The translations under genes were made by a program, and so were the position numbers. From Phoronis australis (lineage: Eukaryota; Animalia; Phoronida), in assembly GCA_002633005.1 (NCBI GenBank), contig NMRA01000032.1, positions 1,338,940 to 1,401,849 of the forward strand: a DNA stretch of 62,910 nucleotides. The letters run 5' to 3'. Each line of letters starts with the position of its first letter. Positions within the stretch are counted from its first letter, which is position 1. Below the pieces are notes generated by a model, which saw nothing but the letters and a program-made list of their open reading frames with translations, was not told the origin of the DNA and searched no databases. Shown here piece by piece: positions 14,829 to 27,878 of the stretch.

Positions 14829-15690
14829 GGGAGTTAAATCAGTGCAGCTCCAATAAAGAACATTTAACAGTTTAAAACTATTCGATCAAATATCGATGAC
14901 ATGCATATTACTTGTTTACGGCTCAGTTATTTAACGACTGAAGCCGGTTCCCATATTTCCGACTAATTCCTGGTCTTATGGCGAACTTTATCACGAATAC
15001 AGGGAACAAAGCTCGCCTCAAAACAATTTGAAATGATGACATTTGATAAGGCCGGGTAGTGAAATGTCGAGGGTTTCGGATGAACTCGAACTCTGAAAAT
15101 TGGTTCTCCTTTGACTTGTTTTTACTGAATAAAAATAATAGGCTATTACTTCTGCAGTGTTAGAACTACTGCTTGGTTGTTTCGAAAGATGACTGGTTCC
15201 ACTAGTGAAAAGTCACTGCAACTGCACTTGGACCATAGGCGCACCCAGGGGGGAGGGGGGNGGGAGTTAAATCAGTGCAGCTCCAATAAAGAACATTTAA
15301 CAGTTTAAAACTATTCGATCAAATATCGATGACATGCATATTACTTGTTTACGGCTCAGTTATTTAACGACTGAAGCCGGTTCCCATATTTCCGACAAAT
15401 TCCTGGTCTTATGGCGAACTTTATCACGAATACAGGAAACAAAGCTCGCCTCAAAACAATTTGAAATGATGACATTTGATAAGGCTGGGTAGTGAAATGT
15501 CGAGGGTTTCGGATGAACTCGATCTCTGAAAATTGGTTCTCCTTTGACTTGTTTTTACTGAATAAAAATAATAGGCTATTACTTCTGCAGTGTTAGAACT
15601 ACTGCTTGGTTGTTTCGAAAGGTGACTGGTTCCACTTGTGAAAAGTTACTGCCTTGGACCATAGGCGTACCCAGGGGGGAGGGGGGGGGG
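14829..15690. repeat. ~430-bp near-identical direct duplication flanking the N at 15261; probable allelic contig overlap (assembly artefact)
   Basis: 14829-15260 is repeated at 15262-~15690 with a few substitutions and a small indel. Copy 1 stops inside a G-run exactly at the N. Confidence 0.85.
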
Positions 15691-15937
15691 AGGGAACGAG
15701 GCCCCCAATTTGGCGAATTGGGCAAAAAGGTCCGCCTCAGTGAAACAAAAAGTCTGAGATAAAAGTCCAAAAAGTCCACAGAAATTCGGCGCAGATGTAC
15801 AATTCGCAATTCGTAGACCTGAACCTAATGAGCTAGAGGCCCCGTTTTTTTTAGTCCTCTTCGTTGATTTTTTCAGTAAAAGGTCCGCATACCGAAAAAT
15901 TCGAGCACCCCTATATTTTAGGCTGGGTGCTCGCATG
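15660..15937. mobile_element. MITE with CAT...ATG ends and 5-bp TSD TGGAC; same family as 12552-12808
   Basis: TIRs cataggcgtacccag / ctgggtgctcgcatg, with TGGAC on both flanks. Shares internal aaaaggtccgc motifs with the other copy. Confidence 0.8.
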
Positions 15938-16940
15938 TGGACACTGTTTTGCTTCGTGTTTTTTTCCAGGTTGTATTCAACGTTGAGATCTATTGGTAAG
16001 CATGTCATCATGAATACTAAAACATATGCTTGAGTCTTTGCCTTGAAGGTTTCCGGGAAGAAATCGAATATAATAAATTCTGATACAGCAACTGATCATA
16101 TAAATCATTGCGAAAATGGAGCATACAAACGGATTTCCATATCTATTCGGCGTCTTCATGAGCGTTTGGCAGAATGGGTAAAGCAATTAAACGCATCAAA
16201 GTTATGTTGAACGACCTTATTGATCAAACTCGACCAGTTTTCGCGAATAAAAACTTGCACTTGAGTAGTAAAGATGTTCCAAAACAGTTTGTCATTGTTA
16301 TTGTCACGTGACAGTGCGATTAAATTTCTTATGTTCGTCACAAAACAACCCTTGACTGACATCGGTGAAAAAAAATATTTTATTACGTCCCCCCAAAAAA
16401 TGTCGGAGTTCGATTAGTAGTCTGATTATTCGTCAACCTTGGCTTTAGGCTTAACGTTTTTATTCAAATAGCAGTAATGTTTCTTCCCTGGGCAATAAAT
16501 TTATGTAATTTAACCAGGAGCTGACATTGCAGCCTTTTTGACACTTGAGCCACAAAGCTAGCTTTTTCGAAATGTTCAGTTGTAAATATGAAGCACATCG
16601 GTAGCCATTTACTACGTAAGCCGACACTGCGTGTATCGCCAACCGACTAGAGCGATGTCTTACGTGAAAATGCATCGGTAGCATATAACCTCATCGTGGA
16701 TTGAACTCTCCTCTTTCCTTGAGGTAGAAAATGCATAGCATGACATACATTTGAAAATGTCAGGCACCCTTGAGTGAAGAACAAGGGAAGAACAAGGCAT
16801 TACGCATCCAGCATCGACATTGGCCATTTTTACCAATTCCTTGGTGTCAGCAAATCAACTCAATGCAGTAATACAAGATTACGTGGATTACAATCACGAA
16901 CATCAAAATGATTAGGACATTACACAGTGGCGAGTAGACC

Positions 16941-17048
16941 TACACTTGCATGTGAAGAAGCAGGACCGACGCTTGACACATGTGGTGAATTGCGGGTAAA
17001 TACCTTAACATGAAAGTGATAACGCGCTTTTTCAGCATGGGCTTATTC
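16941..17048. repeat. Diverged dispersed repeat; second copy at 54981-55088
   Basis: Ungapped similarity: tacacttgcatgtgaagaagcaggacc...gggtaaatacctta versus tacatttgcatgtgaagaaacaggacc...gggtaaatacctta. Confidence 0.75.
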
Positions 17049-19183
17049 AGAATCATGCCAAGACCCCGGCACAATGATTTTATGGAAAGAAATGTATTAG
17101 TCGAAATGCTAGGATTTCTTGAGCAACTCTGTGCAACAGACTCAATTTGAAGTACTTGAAAGACACTCCAACGTCGGACTGGACACAACATCGCGACGCT
17201 GCCTCTTTCCCTACTTCAATGGGACCCTAACCTTTCAAATGTAGGAAAATGTGCCCCTTTAAATTGCCAGAAAAGAAATACTGATTTGGAGGTAATAATA
17301 TGACCAACGAGACATAAGATGCGTTTGTGAAGGTGGTAAATTGGCTCAAACAAGGTGAGTACCGCAAAAAAGTTTGACCACACTTGCCAACAATTTTAAA
17401 GAGAATTCAATGAGTCGATAGCCAATTTTTGTGCATGTACAGGGATCGCGCATGCGCCCCGGCATTCTGTTATCTTTGTAAGCGTAAGACTGACATCCAA
17501 CAGTCCCAGGATGACGTCTTTTCTAGCAACATACCGACAATGTGTTCTTCGTCTGGGGGAGGGCATGAGAGGAAGCGGACCTCTTGTTTGAAAAATAGTG
17601 ACGCAAGTAACACATAATGTAATATGAAGTCAAACTTTATTTTTTTAAACATTGCTAAAATATAATCTAGTTATGTACTGCAAGATGTGCCGTGTTACAT
17701 GAATAACAGGTTTCAAGTAGCTATATTACCGCGGAGAAACGCTATGGGGGNGATAAAACATAGGTCCCTCTTTAGTCAACGGAACATTGCAGTATGAAGG
17801 GTTTCATGTTTGATTTAGATTTATTGGCTGTAGTCCAAAGGGTTGTTTGTGAAACTCAATAATTCTTTTGTAGATGATAAACGCCATATGGCAAATAAAC
17901 ATTTCCGTCCAAACTCCCTACAATTGGGTCCTTTTTGATCATGCCTAAAGTGTAGTTATATCGTGCTGACTTGCTGAGAGCAAATGGGTATCCTAATTTT
18001 ACCATTTTTACTCATGTCAAAAATAGTAGAGTGCCTACGGGGAAATTACAAGGGAATGCAGAAGCTGTAAACTCTCATGGAAACTTGTATTTACCTAATG
18101 AGAAAATACCTTTAAACGTATCCTAAAGTTCATTTTAACCCACAATAACTGCTAGATGGCCAAAATCTAGACGTTATCTTCCAAGGATTAATTATCATGA
18201 ATATACAAGAACATCATTTTGTTCCTAAAAAGTGAAAATAGGTTTCCAAAAAATTGTGAATGTTGAGTGTTCCTTGAATTATCTTGTCATATCATGTATT
18301 TGGGCAGGCAAATGTAACTGCATGTATAGACCTGAAGTACATGTTGTGGTAGGTCCTACGTTCAATAGCGTCACTTGAAAATAATTTTTGTCTAAATAAA
18401 TTTGAGTTAAAATTCGTTTTATGAACCTTGTCACCAACTTGAAGCGGAAAGAGTTCTTTACACTCGATATCCGTTTCTTGGAGTAATCCCGAGTTCGTGA
18501 TAAACCTACAGCGCCATCTAATGTCTACAAGATACAATGCAGGTTTGGACCGCAGAAACTCAGGATTTTCGGATAAGAATGAGGCCACTATTAAATTTTG
18601 ATCATGTCAAAAATTACCCAAGATTCATTTTCAACGTTGAAAACGGGACCTGCATTTCGCCCTATTTTGCCATCTAAAAACGAAAATCGAGCGACTTGGG
18701 TCATCTATTCTAATAAAATCGGTCTCATAACAAGGTGGAAAAATGGCACGCCAATGGTTTAAAAAGTGTCCGGGCTTTGCAGTAAAATAACAGCCCCCGG
18801 AATGCAATGTGGTCCTAGCTCGTGTTTCACCATTTTACATTTCTAACCCTTAGTTTTCGACGGCTCCTTACGGATTGCTATCGATTTTCGGCAACTGCCC
18901 TCAATGGCATCACCCCCAGCCTGCATGTCAAGAAGAATTTTTGCTGAATTTTTTCCATTCGCGTCCCCTTACTGAGAAGTGGAACCCGGAGCCGGCACAA
19001 AGTTGAACCGGCCAAATAGTCGATGCTTTGCCTTAGCAGTTGGTAGAAAATCTCACGGGTCAAATTTCAATAATCTACATCGCCTATTACGCCTATGATG
19101 AAACTAACGATTTATTTTCTTCATAAATCAGAAGGTCAGTGGAGACATCTCGAGGATACTGTTTACTTATAATGTGCTCTGGA

Positions 19184-19502
19184 CAGTGGCGGATCTAGGA
19201 TACCATCAGGGGGGCCCCAACATGTTGCCTCGGGGAATTGGGCAAAGCGCGGTTGTAAGTGTACAGGGGTCTCGAAGTTGCGGGGGGGGCCGGGAGTATG
19301 TGTGAAACGTCCGTTTCGGAAAATCTACTGACTAAAAAAAAACGGGGGAACGCGATTACGCCGCGATCTGGAGTCGGAGCCCCTCCCCCCTTCTCCACTA
19401 CCGGTCCTAGTAACATTTCCTCATGCTTCGCGCTGTTGCTCTTTTATTTTGCTTGCGGCAGCCGGGGAGGCGGGACCCTGCCCCCCCCCTAAATCCGCCT
19501 TG
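19184..19502. mobile_element. GC-rich non-autonomous hAT-like element (CAGTGGCGGAT...ATCCGCCTTG)
   Basis: TIRs cagtggcggatctagg / cctaaatccgccttg. Flanks CTGGA and CAGGA match at 4 of 5 positions, a probable 5-bp TSD. Confidence 0.7.
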
Positions 19503-21769
19503 CAGGAAGTTCTTTGTGGCAACCAAATTAAAGAAATATCATGTATTCGAGAAAACTTAGACAGGGCCGATTTTTATAGTAGAGTAGTGGGCTTGCTTTG
19601 ATCTTGTTTTTTTGGCCAATTGAAAAGGAGAAAATGCAATTTCAACTGAGCGGCACATCCAACATACCTCAAGTGGAGACCGTGACTTTTTCAACTAACG
19701 ACTACACCGGCCCCAAGTACCGCTGTAAACATTGTCCAAAACCAACGTTTTGATTATCATGCGGGAATTGCAGATATTACAGTGATACGATGTCATAAGG
19801 TACATTTCGTTTTTGGGTACGATTTATAAATATCTACCTCTCGTTACAGAAACCTCTTAGGTTACAACTTGCAACAGTCTGGTTCCTAGGTTGCAACCAG
19901 TGACTACAAGTGTTAGAAGAAAGAAGTGTAGAGTAAAGGCTTTTAGCACGTCCAAAAAAAAAAATGTCGGCAAATTATGTTCCACAGCGATATGTAGGCC
20001 TACCCAACCTTCATGTCGGGTTGTGGGTAAACGAGGGCCGTGTATAGAGCTGCAGGCAGCGGAGCCCAAACAACACCGTCATATGACGAACGTTGACCGT
20101 GAGGTATGGCGACGCTGTGGCACGTGCACACGAACTTGCGCTCAAAAACGAAGAAAGACATCGCTGATATTGTATGCAGTGTGCCCGCCCCATTTGCGCT
20201 ACAAGGCCGGCATCACTTCCACCACCAGTGTCCACCTCTGAGTTCCTACAAATCGCTCAAATTATTTGTTTAGAAATAGAACATAACCTTAGGCGACACC
20301 ACACCCCACTCGCCGCGCGGTTAAGTTTCGCTCCACCACATTTCTGTTTACTCTCAGCTCAAAAGTTTTTAAAATTTCACCGTTTGTTACAGCTAATTTG
20401 GAAATTTAGCCAAGTCGGTTACATTTATTTTCAAGTTGGCACTTAAATAAAGACGGATAAAGGAAAGGGATTAGTATTCCTTTAGAGAGAAAAAAAACAA
20501 GGCACTGTTTAATTGCATTGTATATTGACTGAATATATTAAAAATACCAAGTCAACACAAAGTTTCACGAGTACGATGACAAAGGCACTTCATTAGCATA
20601 AATAACAACAGACCTCTTCATCAATAACAACGTATGGGTTGTGCTTATTACGTTCAAGATAGATTTCACCCTTTACGCCTTAACATGATAGGACTCTATT
20701 TCCATTACGAACAAGAAAAAATGCTGCATGTATATTTTGTCTGTGATGAGAGTTGCCGGCTCGACCATGAAGATCGGATGAGCGCGCCGGTAATGTTTTT
20801 AAACTCCCAAACCCCTTGGGTAAAGAATTCAACACGATAAACAGCAAGCTAAACAGCGGCTCCGCAGAGACATCAGAGAGTAAAAACCATGCCATCGGTC
20901 ACACCTGGGGTATTACGGTTGCCACAAATTATAGGAAAATACCTGAAGTAATTAGAATGTCCACGTGGCAGCTTAATTAGCACGTTGGGCTCCATACAGT
21001 CTGGGGTTATGAATAGCTCCCCGCAGAGTTGTTTGATGCAATCACAGTAGAAATGGGTCAACATTATTTTTTAAAGGAACCCACCGGTGATTGACAGTTA
21101 AAATTATTTACAAGACACTGTCCCTTGAGTTAGTGAACCTAGGCTGCAGACTGCCTTGACAAACACTGTATTACCGATATCTAAAGTAGACTATGCAAGT
21201 ACATTTATTGTCTTCTTTGAGCAATTCGTTAACTGCACTCAATGAGTTCTACTACTTGATTCCAAGGTGCCTTTTGTTCAAGTTTTTTCCTAATTAATAT
21301 ACTAAAAATCAAACAATAACATCCTAATTATGTTGAAATCTTGAGGAGAGTGGATTAGAGATCTGAAAAAAGAAAGCAAGCATTTACCTACCATACAAAC
21401 CACATACATTTAAGTGACAATACAAGAGCACTAAATAGGACAAAAACAATGTCAATCAAATTATGCACCAGCCAGCATGCCAAATATTACATGAGGGTTG
21501 TCAATACAGGTAAGGATATGAATCAGTCATTCCAACTCTTAGATCTGAATACTGATTACTCTAGGAGACACATACTGGACTCAAGCCAGGTACTCCACTA
21601 AACAGAGTAGGGGTGAGCTCAAGCTTTTGACACCAGAGAACTGGACCAAAGTTGCACCAGCAGTTACACTAATTCAAGTCCTTTAGTCACTGTTGCCATT
21701 GAAACAGTTTTAGCAGGGAAATGCCCCTCCACGAGGTTACCCATTATGTGTATGATGCTAGAAAGATGA

Positions 21770-22250
21770 CCAAAATTTGACTAACTTTTAAACATCATAT
21801 TTTCGAAAAAGCTGGTCAGATTCAAACGAAACTTTCAGATAGTGCGAAATCTGACATCATGTACTATTGACCAAAACACCACTAGGAATTGTTTTTAAAA
21901 TGTTCCATTTGGCACAAGAGGCTTTCGAACATTTGTGCTTTTAAAATTTTTAAAAATTCAAAAGTTGAATAAAACAGAAAGGAAAGAGTAACTGGTGCAG
22001 CGTTTTGGAGATTTCATCTTGAACACTAATAATGAACAAAATTAATTATTCAAGTTATTGATACCATTGTTTTGCTATGTACCTTTCCTTTATGCTAAAG
22101 GTCACTGAAACAACATGGTCAGTGCCTAGACCAAAAACCAAATTCTCAAGCTTTCTACTTTCACATAATACGTGCTTTAAGTTAAAAATTCTATGGTTTT
22201 GTAGCTATTCGGCTAAGTGTGCAGACTTATTGATAAGCGTGAATTTCAGT
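21770..22250. mobile_element. Old AT-rich non-autonomous DNA-transposon family; related copies near 1610-1990, 34840-35330 and 43170-43629
   Basis: Shared blocks by eye, e.g. cat(c)atat.tc.gaaa...gaaactttca, taggaatt.ttttt and ttttgtag.(c)att..gctaa. Boundaries are approximate. Confidence 0.5.
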
Positions 22251-24097
22251 GGTTCAGCAAAATATGAGAAGTCATTAACTGTACAGTTGCTTCTCACCAC
22301 ATTTGACTCAAGTCTTTCTATGATCGGAATTTACATGGACCAAACTGTGTAGTAACTCTAGTATTTGAAAGGAGAGAGAGGCTGAGTTTGGTCAGCGGAG
22401 AGGGAAACTTTCTGAACAAAATATATTTAGTAAGGATGCTTGAAAGCACCACCCAAGCTTCTCCACACATTAAGTGAAACAAAATGTCTTAAATTTCAAA
22501 ACTTTCCAAAGGATGTTTGAAACACGAGATTTTAAAGATTGGTATTGAGAAAAAAATTACATATTTTAGAAAAATATTGAATTTGTGCAGGAAATGAAAT
22601 ATAAATATCATTGCTGATAACTATACTAAACACCATCATGGCAAAGCGTCACATTACTACACGTGACATTCTTCACCGAATGCCAGAAATTCCTTTCCAA
22701 AAATAATCTGCTCATCCAGAACCTAAATTATACACAATTCATGTTGACTTCAAATAAACATGACTAAAAGAATGTAATTCAAGGATTGGATTCTTGTCAT
22801 TGTTTGGCAACCTCAATGTAACTTTAAGACTATCACGTAATAAATCCCCATCTTCCTAGGGCAAAATAGGGCAATACCAATAAACTAAACTATTTGTATT
22901 ATCAAACAAACAATGTTTATTACTTCTTAAAGTCAACTAGCTCTACACTGAAGCTTGGCCAATTTGCACAAAAATGAAAAACTTATCCTTCATGTAACTT
23001 TGATTGCCACAAGAAGTCAAATGCACTTTTTAACGATAGCAAGGTGACACGAGGTAATGCGACACTATTGCTGCTATCCATTCTATAACTACATTAGGTG
23101 TAAATAGTTATTTCACGTATTGTCTAAAAACAAGAACATTACACATACTGTGCGTAATTATAATTATTATGATTGATTATTATGATTTATCAAAACAATT
23201 CACATACAGAGTACAGCAAACTTCGTAATACACAAACTTCGAAGGGCTACTATGGAACTACATGGAGTACAACAAACAATAAATACACCTGCTAGCATAC
23301 AATACTGTGTTGAGAAAATGCTATTTTTTGAAATTCATTAGACTTAAAAGTTAACAAAAACGAATGAGAAAATTCCATTTCATCATTTGCATAAAATATT
23401 GTTTGCTATCAGCAAAGTAACTGACCTAAGAAAACATTACAAACTTGGCAATTCTATTCGACTGAAATTGCTGAAGAATTTTGTAGCCACACGGTGACAA
23501 TAAAAATTAAAAGACCAATAAGAGAAAACGTGTATAACAGGAATTACAATAACAAATAAATTAATAAAAGAGAATGTGTGTGTGATAAAAATATCAGTGA
23601 GGAAATAACACAGTGCAGGATATAATCTTTTTGCTTGAAATCAAGCTTGACTACAGAACATATGTGGCATTTTCTGTTCTTCTTATGAAATTATACAAAC
23701 TCAGTATTACTTTATATTTTTCTGTGCTTGACTGCAGTACAGGTTAATGTCTAATCCTATTTTGCACTTGATGACCTAAGCATTAAAGATATAAGTTCGA
23801 GCCTGAATTTGAAATTTCGAGTTTTTACTTAATGTTTACAGTTTAAACTAAAATTGTGGGGTCATCAAGTGCAAACTTGATCTAGACACCCAAGTACATA
23901 AACCATAAGATAATCGAGGACAGAAAAAAAATTTAACTTAACTTCACATTTAAAGTAGGACAAAAAACACCAAAAAGATTTTCAAGTTTGATTTCGAGTC
24001 CAGAGATCTCATTTAAAAGATGATAGTTATGCAGATAGACAAATCTAACCATAGGCCTCACGATAAATGAGGAAATACATTATTTTCGTTGAACAAG

Positions 24098-25525
24098 TTA
24101 ATCACCAGGTGTCAGTTTGCTCTCATCACTAATGCAAGGCGAGTTTTCTACCGTTCTGCACGCAGTCCTATTGTTTTTCCAACCACTGAACGTGATTGTA
24201 ATGATCCTGGCAAGAAAGAAAATGGCGTCAGTGATAGTGATCATAGAGACCCCTAACCACAACCCAAGACTTCCGCCCATATCCGAGAGCATTGACCACA
24301 GCTTGTAAGCTGGTTCCTCCCTAATTTCTAAAACCTCATCAGAATCCAAATAGATGGAAACACGTGCAAAACTGGTTTGAATTCGCTTCACATCATCAAG
24401 ATTTTCAAAATCGTAATTCTTGAGATTTTGATAAGCCTCCAGGTTCGGATTCGACTCAATATACCGATGAAAAAAGTCCCTGAGAACATATTCATGCGGC
24501 CACAATGACACGGAGTGTGATATCGTGAAACTGTGCTCGTCGCAAAGTTTTGAGCAGTTGCAACTTTTGTAGTTACCACTCTCAATGTGGAAAATAGCAG
24601 ACCTGACACAGTCAGTTCTGTTCAACCAGTCCTTGAAGGAGCACGAGGAAGCGGACAGATTACCGCAGAAAGGAGTGTTCGAGTGGGAATGGCTGGGTAA
24701 TTCATAAAACCGACATCCGCATTGGCGCACGACGAAGTCTTGCTTACATAAAGCTCTACACAGGCTGTGAGAGTAGGAATAGTTGAAGCCTTTAATGATT
24801 TTATCCAAAGTGCACGGTTCTGCGTAGGGGGGTCCAATGCGATGATGATGGACATTTTCAACTGCTATAGAGGTCGAGAAGCCTGGCATGACCTTGACAC
24901 TGGTTTGACCTAAATTGGGGTAGCTTCCTGGAGCGTGCACGAACACACGGAAACCAACCGAATTGTAGTCATCGAAAAAGTCTTTGTATCTAAATAACGA
25001 CTGCGCACTTGCAGAAAGGTGGTGAAAACCAGTATACAGGATTAGAGACAAGCCTAAAGATTAACCTTTCAAGCTGGTGTTGTGATTATGTACTCCGGCA
25101 AAAGTGAAACATTTTCCATAGTTTGGATTGATAATCTCACTAACGTCAGAGCACAATTCCTCTTGATGTCGACAAGATATCACCATATCCTGGTACCGCA
25201 TGGTCACATTGGGAACACTTGCGAAGTTGTCAATATTTTCAAAAAGCAGGGGATATACAGCCAGGTATTTCCTCATTTGTTTGTGCTGCGTTAGATTCCA
25301 CATACACAGACTGCAGTTGGCCAAGATCTCGTTGAACAGCATGTCCACTGTTGAGACTCTCGCTTCACCCATGCTGAACATGTTGCAGACGGTTACCGAG
25401 GGAAAAGTCTTGTTGATCATAGTGACCCAGTGAGAATGTTGTTGTGTGGGATAGGAGGTGTAGGATTTATACAAATTGCAGCAATTGAAAAAAGCGAGGC
25501 AAAAAGCGGTCGTGAGGATGACCAA
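24098..25525 (-). CDS. DEG/ENaC family (amiloride-sensitive, FaNaC/ENaC-like) channel, exon 2; contains one in-frame TAA at 25061-25063
   Basis: TM1 then SYP, FPSVTVCN, YGKCFTF, GLSLIL, GFRVFVH, the Cys-rich thumb CRALC..VVRQCGC, and TM2 LSDMGGSLGLWLGVS with the GxS filter. Acceptor ttcttttcctttcAG at 25526-25527. The two track ORFs are in the same frame. Confidence 0.93.
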
Positions 25526-26126
25526 CTGAAAGGAAAAGAATCGAGTTAAGTTTTGTCCAGCAAGAAATTGTCCAGTTTAGTACAACATATAGTAAACACA
25601 TGACCTGTCGTAATCAAAGTAAACCTTACTTGCAAGCAGGCAACATTTTCCGAAAAACAAATAATGTGAATATTTGTTGAAAGAAGAACGTGCTTCCAAT
25701 GCAGAAGCCATTGAAACAAATCCAGTCAGTATTGTCTGTAGGTACTTAGAGGTCTTACAACTCATATCAGAGGGATTCCACAGACCCACTCAGTATGGTT
25801 TGTAAGTAATTAGAAAGATTTTACAATTTACATCAGGCCGATTCCACAGTGTGTGCCCCTTCCGCTATACACAAAAATGGCAAATTCATTTCCACAAAAC
25901 TCTACTGTGAGGGAGATTCTGTCACATCTTCACTATAAGAAGACAAAAATTGTAGTCGACTAAACCAACAAATTCATCGGATCCTTGATTACTCGATATT
26001 TTTTCTTGTAACGGAAGTCGCAAATACTGTGCGACTGCCCATCAACATTTTTATCTCACTATGCCAACTACTAGATAACAACAAACTAAAAACAAAACAA
26101 TCAAGCCAGGCAACTTCTCTCCTTAC

Positions 26127-26228
26127 CATAACTAGCCGCACATATTTATGGATCTCGTTTTTAGAAATTTGTTGAAATCCGTGACATGTAGTCTCCTGAG
26201 CAAAAGTTTTAATCTCGCTTTTAATCAT
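26127..26228 (-). CDS. DEG/ENaC channel exon 1 (MIKSEIKTFAQETTCHGFQQISKNEIHKYVRLVM)
   Basis: Contains the conserved pre-TM1 F..TTxHG motif. Donor ATG|GTAAGG opens a phase-0, 601-bp intron (25526-26126) that joins in frame to exon 2. Confidence 0.88.
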
Positions 26229-27583
26229 GACAACAAAGATGAGACCGTACAGTGAGTAAACTAGTACCTGCTGAAGTACCTGCCAGACACCTGTATGTAT
26301 ACACAGATATGTTGGTATTCAATATTGATTGCATTATTCAATGTATCATAGAAGGATTGGTTAACAAGGGAAGGTGGCGTTTAGTAAACAAAAAATCATA
26401 AGATATGCGTTATTAGTATTTTCAGTCATTGTAACAAATTAAACATTTGACTATGCTCATACGCAGGTCTTTATAAAAAACTGCATTTACCTTAGTCGAT
26501 CAAGTAAAATATAGGGTAGGCATTGGTCCTATATGCTGGTAGCAGTAGTCAGATGAAAATACGGCTGATGCGTAAGTTTTGAAATTCTTCAAATACTACA
26601 TAATTTCCAGAATCTTTTAAAAGACATTACCATTAATTATATGCAAATATGGCTAACTAATGAAATCGATGGGAAATCAATAAACTGAAAAACGGGATGA
26701 CTAATACAGAACATTAGAGTATGAACTATTCGAATGTTTTATTTATTTATTCAGTTTAAGTGACTTCTTCACCAAGAATTGATATCCCAATGTTACAAAA
26801 TTAAATCTACAGACACAGAAAATGAGTATAAAAAAATATCATACTTAGTAAACCTTATCTTAGAATAATGCTAAGCCCGTCAACTTAAAATTCAATGAAA
26901 AGAAACATTTTGCTCAAGTTTCGCGACCCAAGGAAAATGTTTTCCAAATAACCATTACCAGAACCTTGGACAAGTGAACTGCCTTAATAATGCCTAATTG
27001 AATTCACGACTTCATAATGAATGCGTCACTGGGTACATACTAGGTACTTTATCATCGATATAATAATAGATACAGCTAAGTTCATGCAACACCATGTTAA
27101 TGGTAAACTAGACACTAAGAAAACGGAAATTATCTGGGCCCGGCATGTACAGTAATATCCGAACTCAGGCTGGACTTAGACCTAGACTCAAAACTAACCA
27201 GTCGGCCAAACACTTGAAGACATCTTCACTTTCAATAGCCTACTTTTTGGAATTTAGCTAATAAAAATTTCGGGAGGCCGGGAGCAGAGAAGAGTGGTAG
27301 CAACAGAGGGGAAAAAGTGAAGAGTGAATGAAGCAGAAGAAAGAAGCTGCAACTGAAGGTTACGAAGGACGTTATCGACAAGTCTGTGCATTTTGTACAG
27401 TGCCACATCATGAGAATAGTGTTTACAGACCTTGCTACACCAAGACTAGTCTCGGCAAGGTGCTTTACCCCAGCCAAACAGCATGCCAAGCCTATTCATA
27501 AAGACATTGCCCGATTTAACTGAGCGTGAAAATTTTTGTTAGAAAGTACTGCACCTGTAATTATTTCTACCAATCAAATTGGG

Positions 27584-27589
27584 TTTATT
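27584..27589 (-). promoter_or_regulatory. Candidate polyadenylation signal (AATAAA) of the ACP6-like gene
   Basis: AATAAA on the minus strand about 210 nt downstream of the stop codon. Confidence 0.4.
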
Positions 27590-27795
27590 GCATTGTCAGT
27601 CAAATGAAATTCACATGAATCCGATAATTCATACTTGATATATGATGTTCCCAAATTTGGACATTTTGTAAAGTAATCTCAAAGGGATTATGGCCCACAA
27701 ACAGTGAAGTGGTGCCTTGATTTAGGAAGACTAATATAGTACAAGAGCCACAGTAGTTCAAATGAGTACGATGACCCACTTAGACTTACACGGGA

Positions 27796-27878
27796 CTACA
27801 TTCCAGCGGCTACGTCTGACCTTTCCTCATCTTCATCTGCCTGTCCTATGATCTTGTCCGTGACTTTACGAACTTTGG
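27796..27878 (-). CDS. ACP6: ACP6-like phosphatase, terminal coding exon (S)KVRKVTDKIIGQADEDEERSDVAAGM*
   Basis: Acceptor ttttgtgttgtAG; phase 1 matches the upstream donor (T+CC = Ser); open to TAG. The tail is not recognisably conserved, so support comes from splice logic only. Confidence 0.7.

Noticed and set aside
20790-20832. LRR-like peptide LNSLPKGFGSLKTL
   Set aside because: A single partial repeat with no continuing LxLxxN register and no exon boundaries; likely chance.
25054-25065. 12-nt GT...AG segment (GTTAATCTTTAG, minus strand) whose removal would delete the channel's stop codon in frame
   Set aside because: Far below the minimum spliceosomal intron size in animals, and removal would delete residues expected in the conserved G-x-x-x-GL segment.
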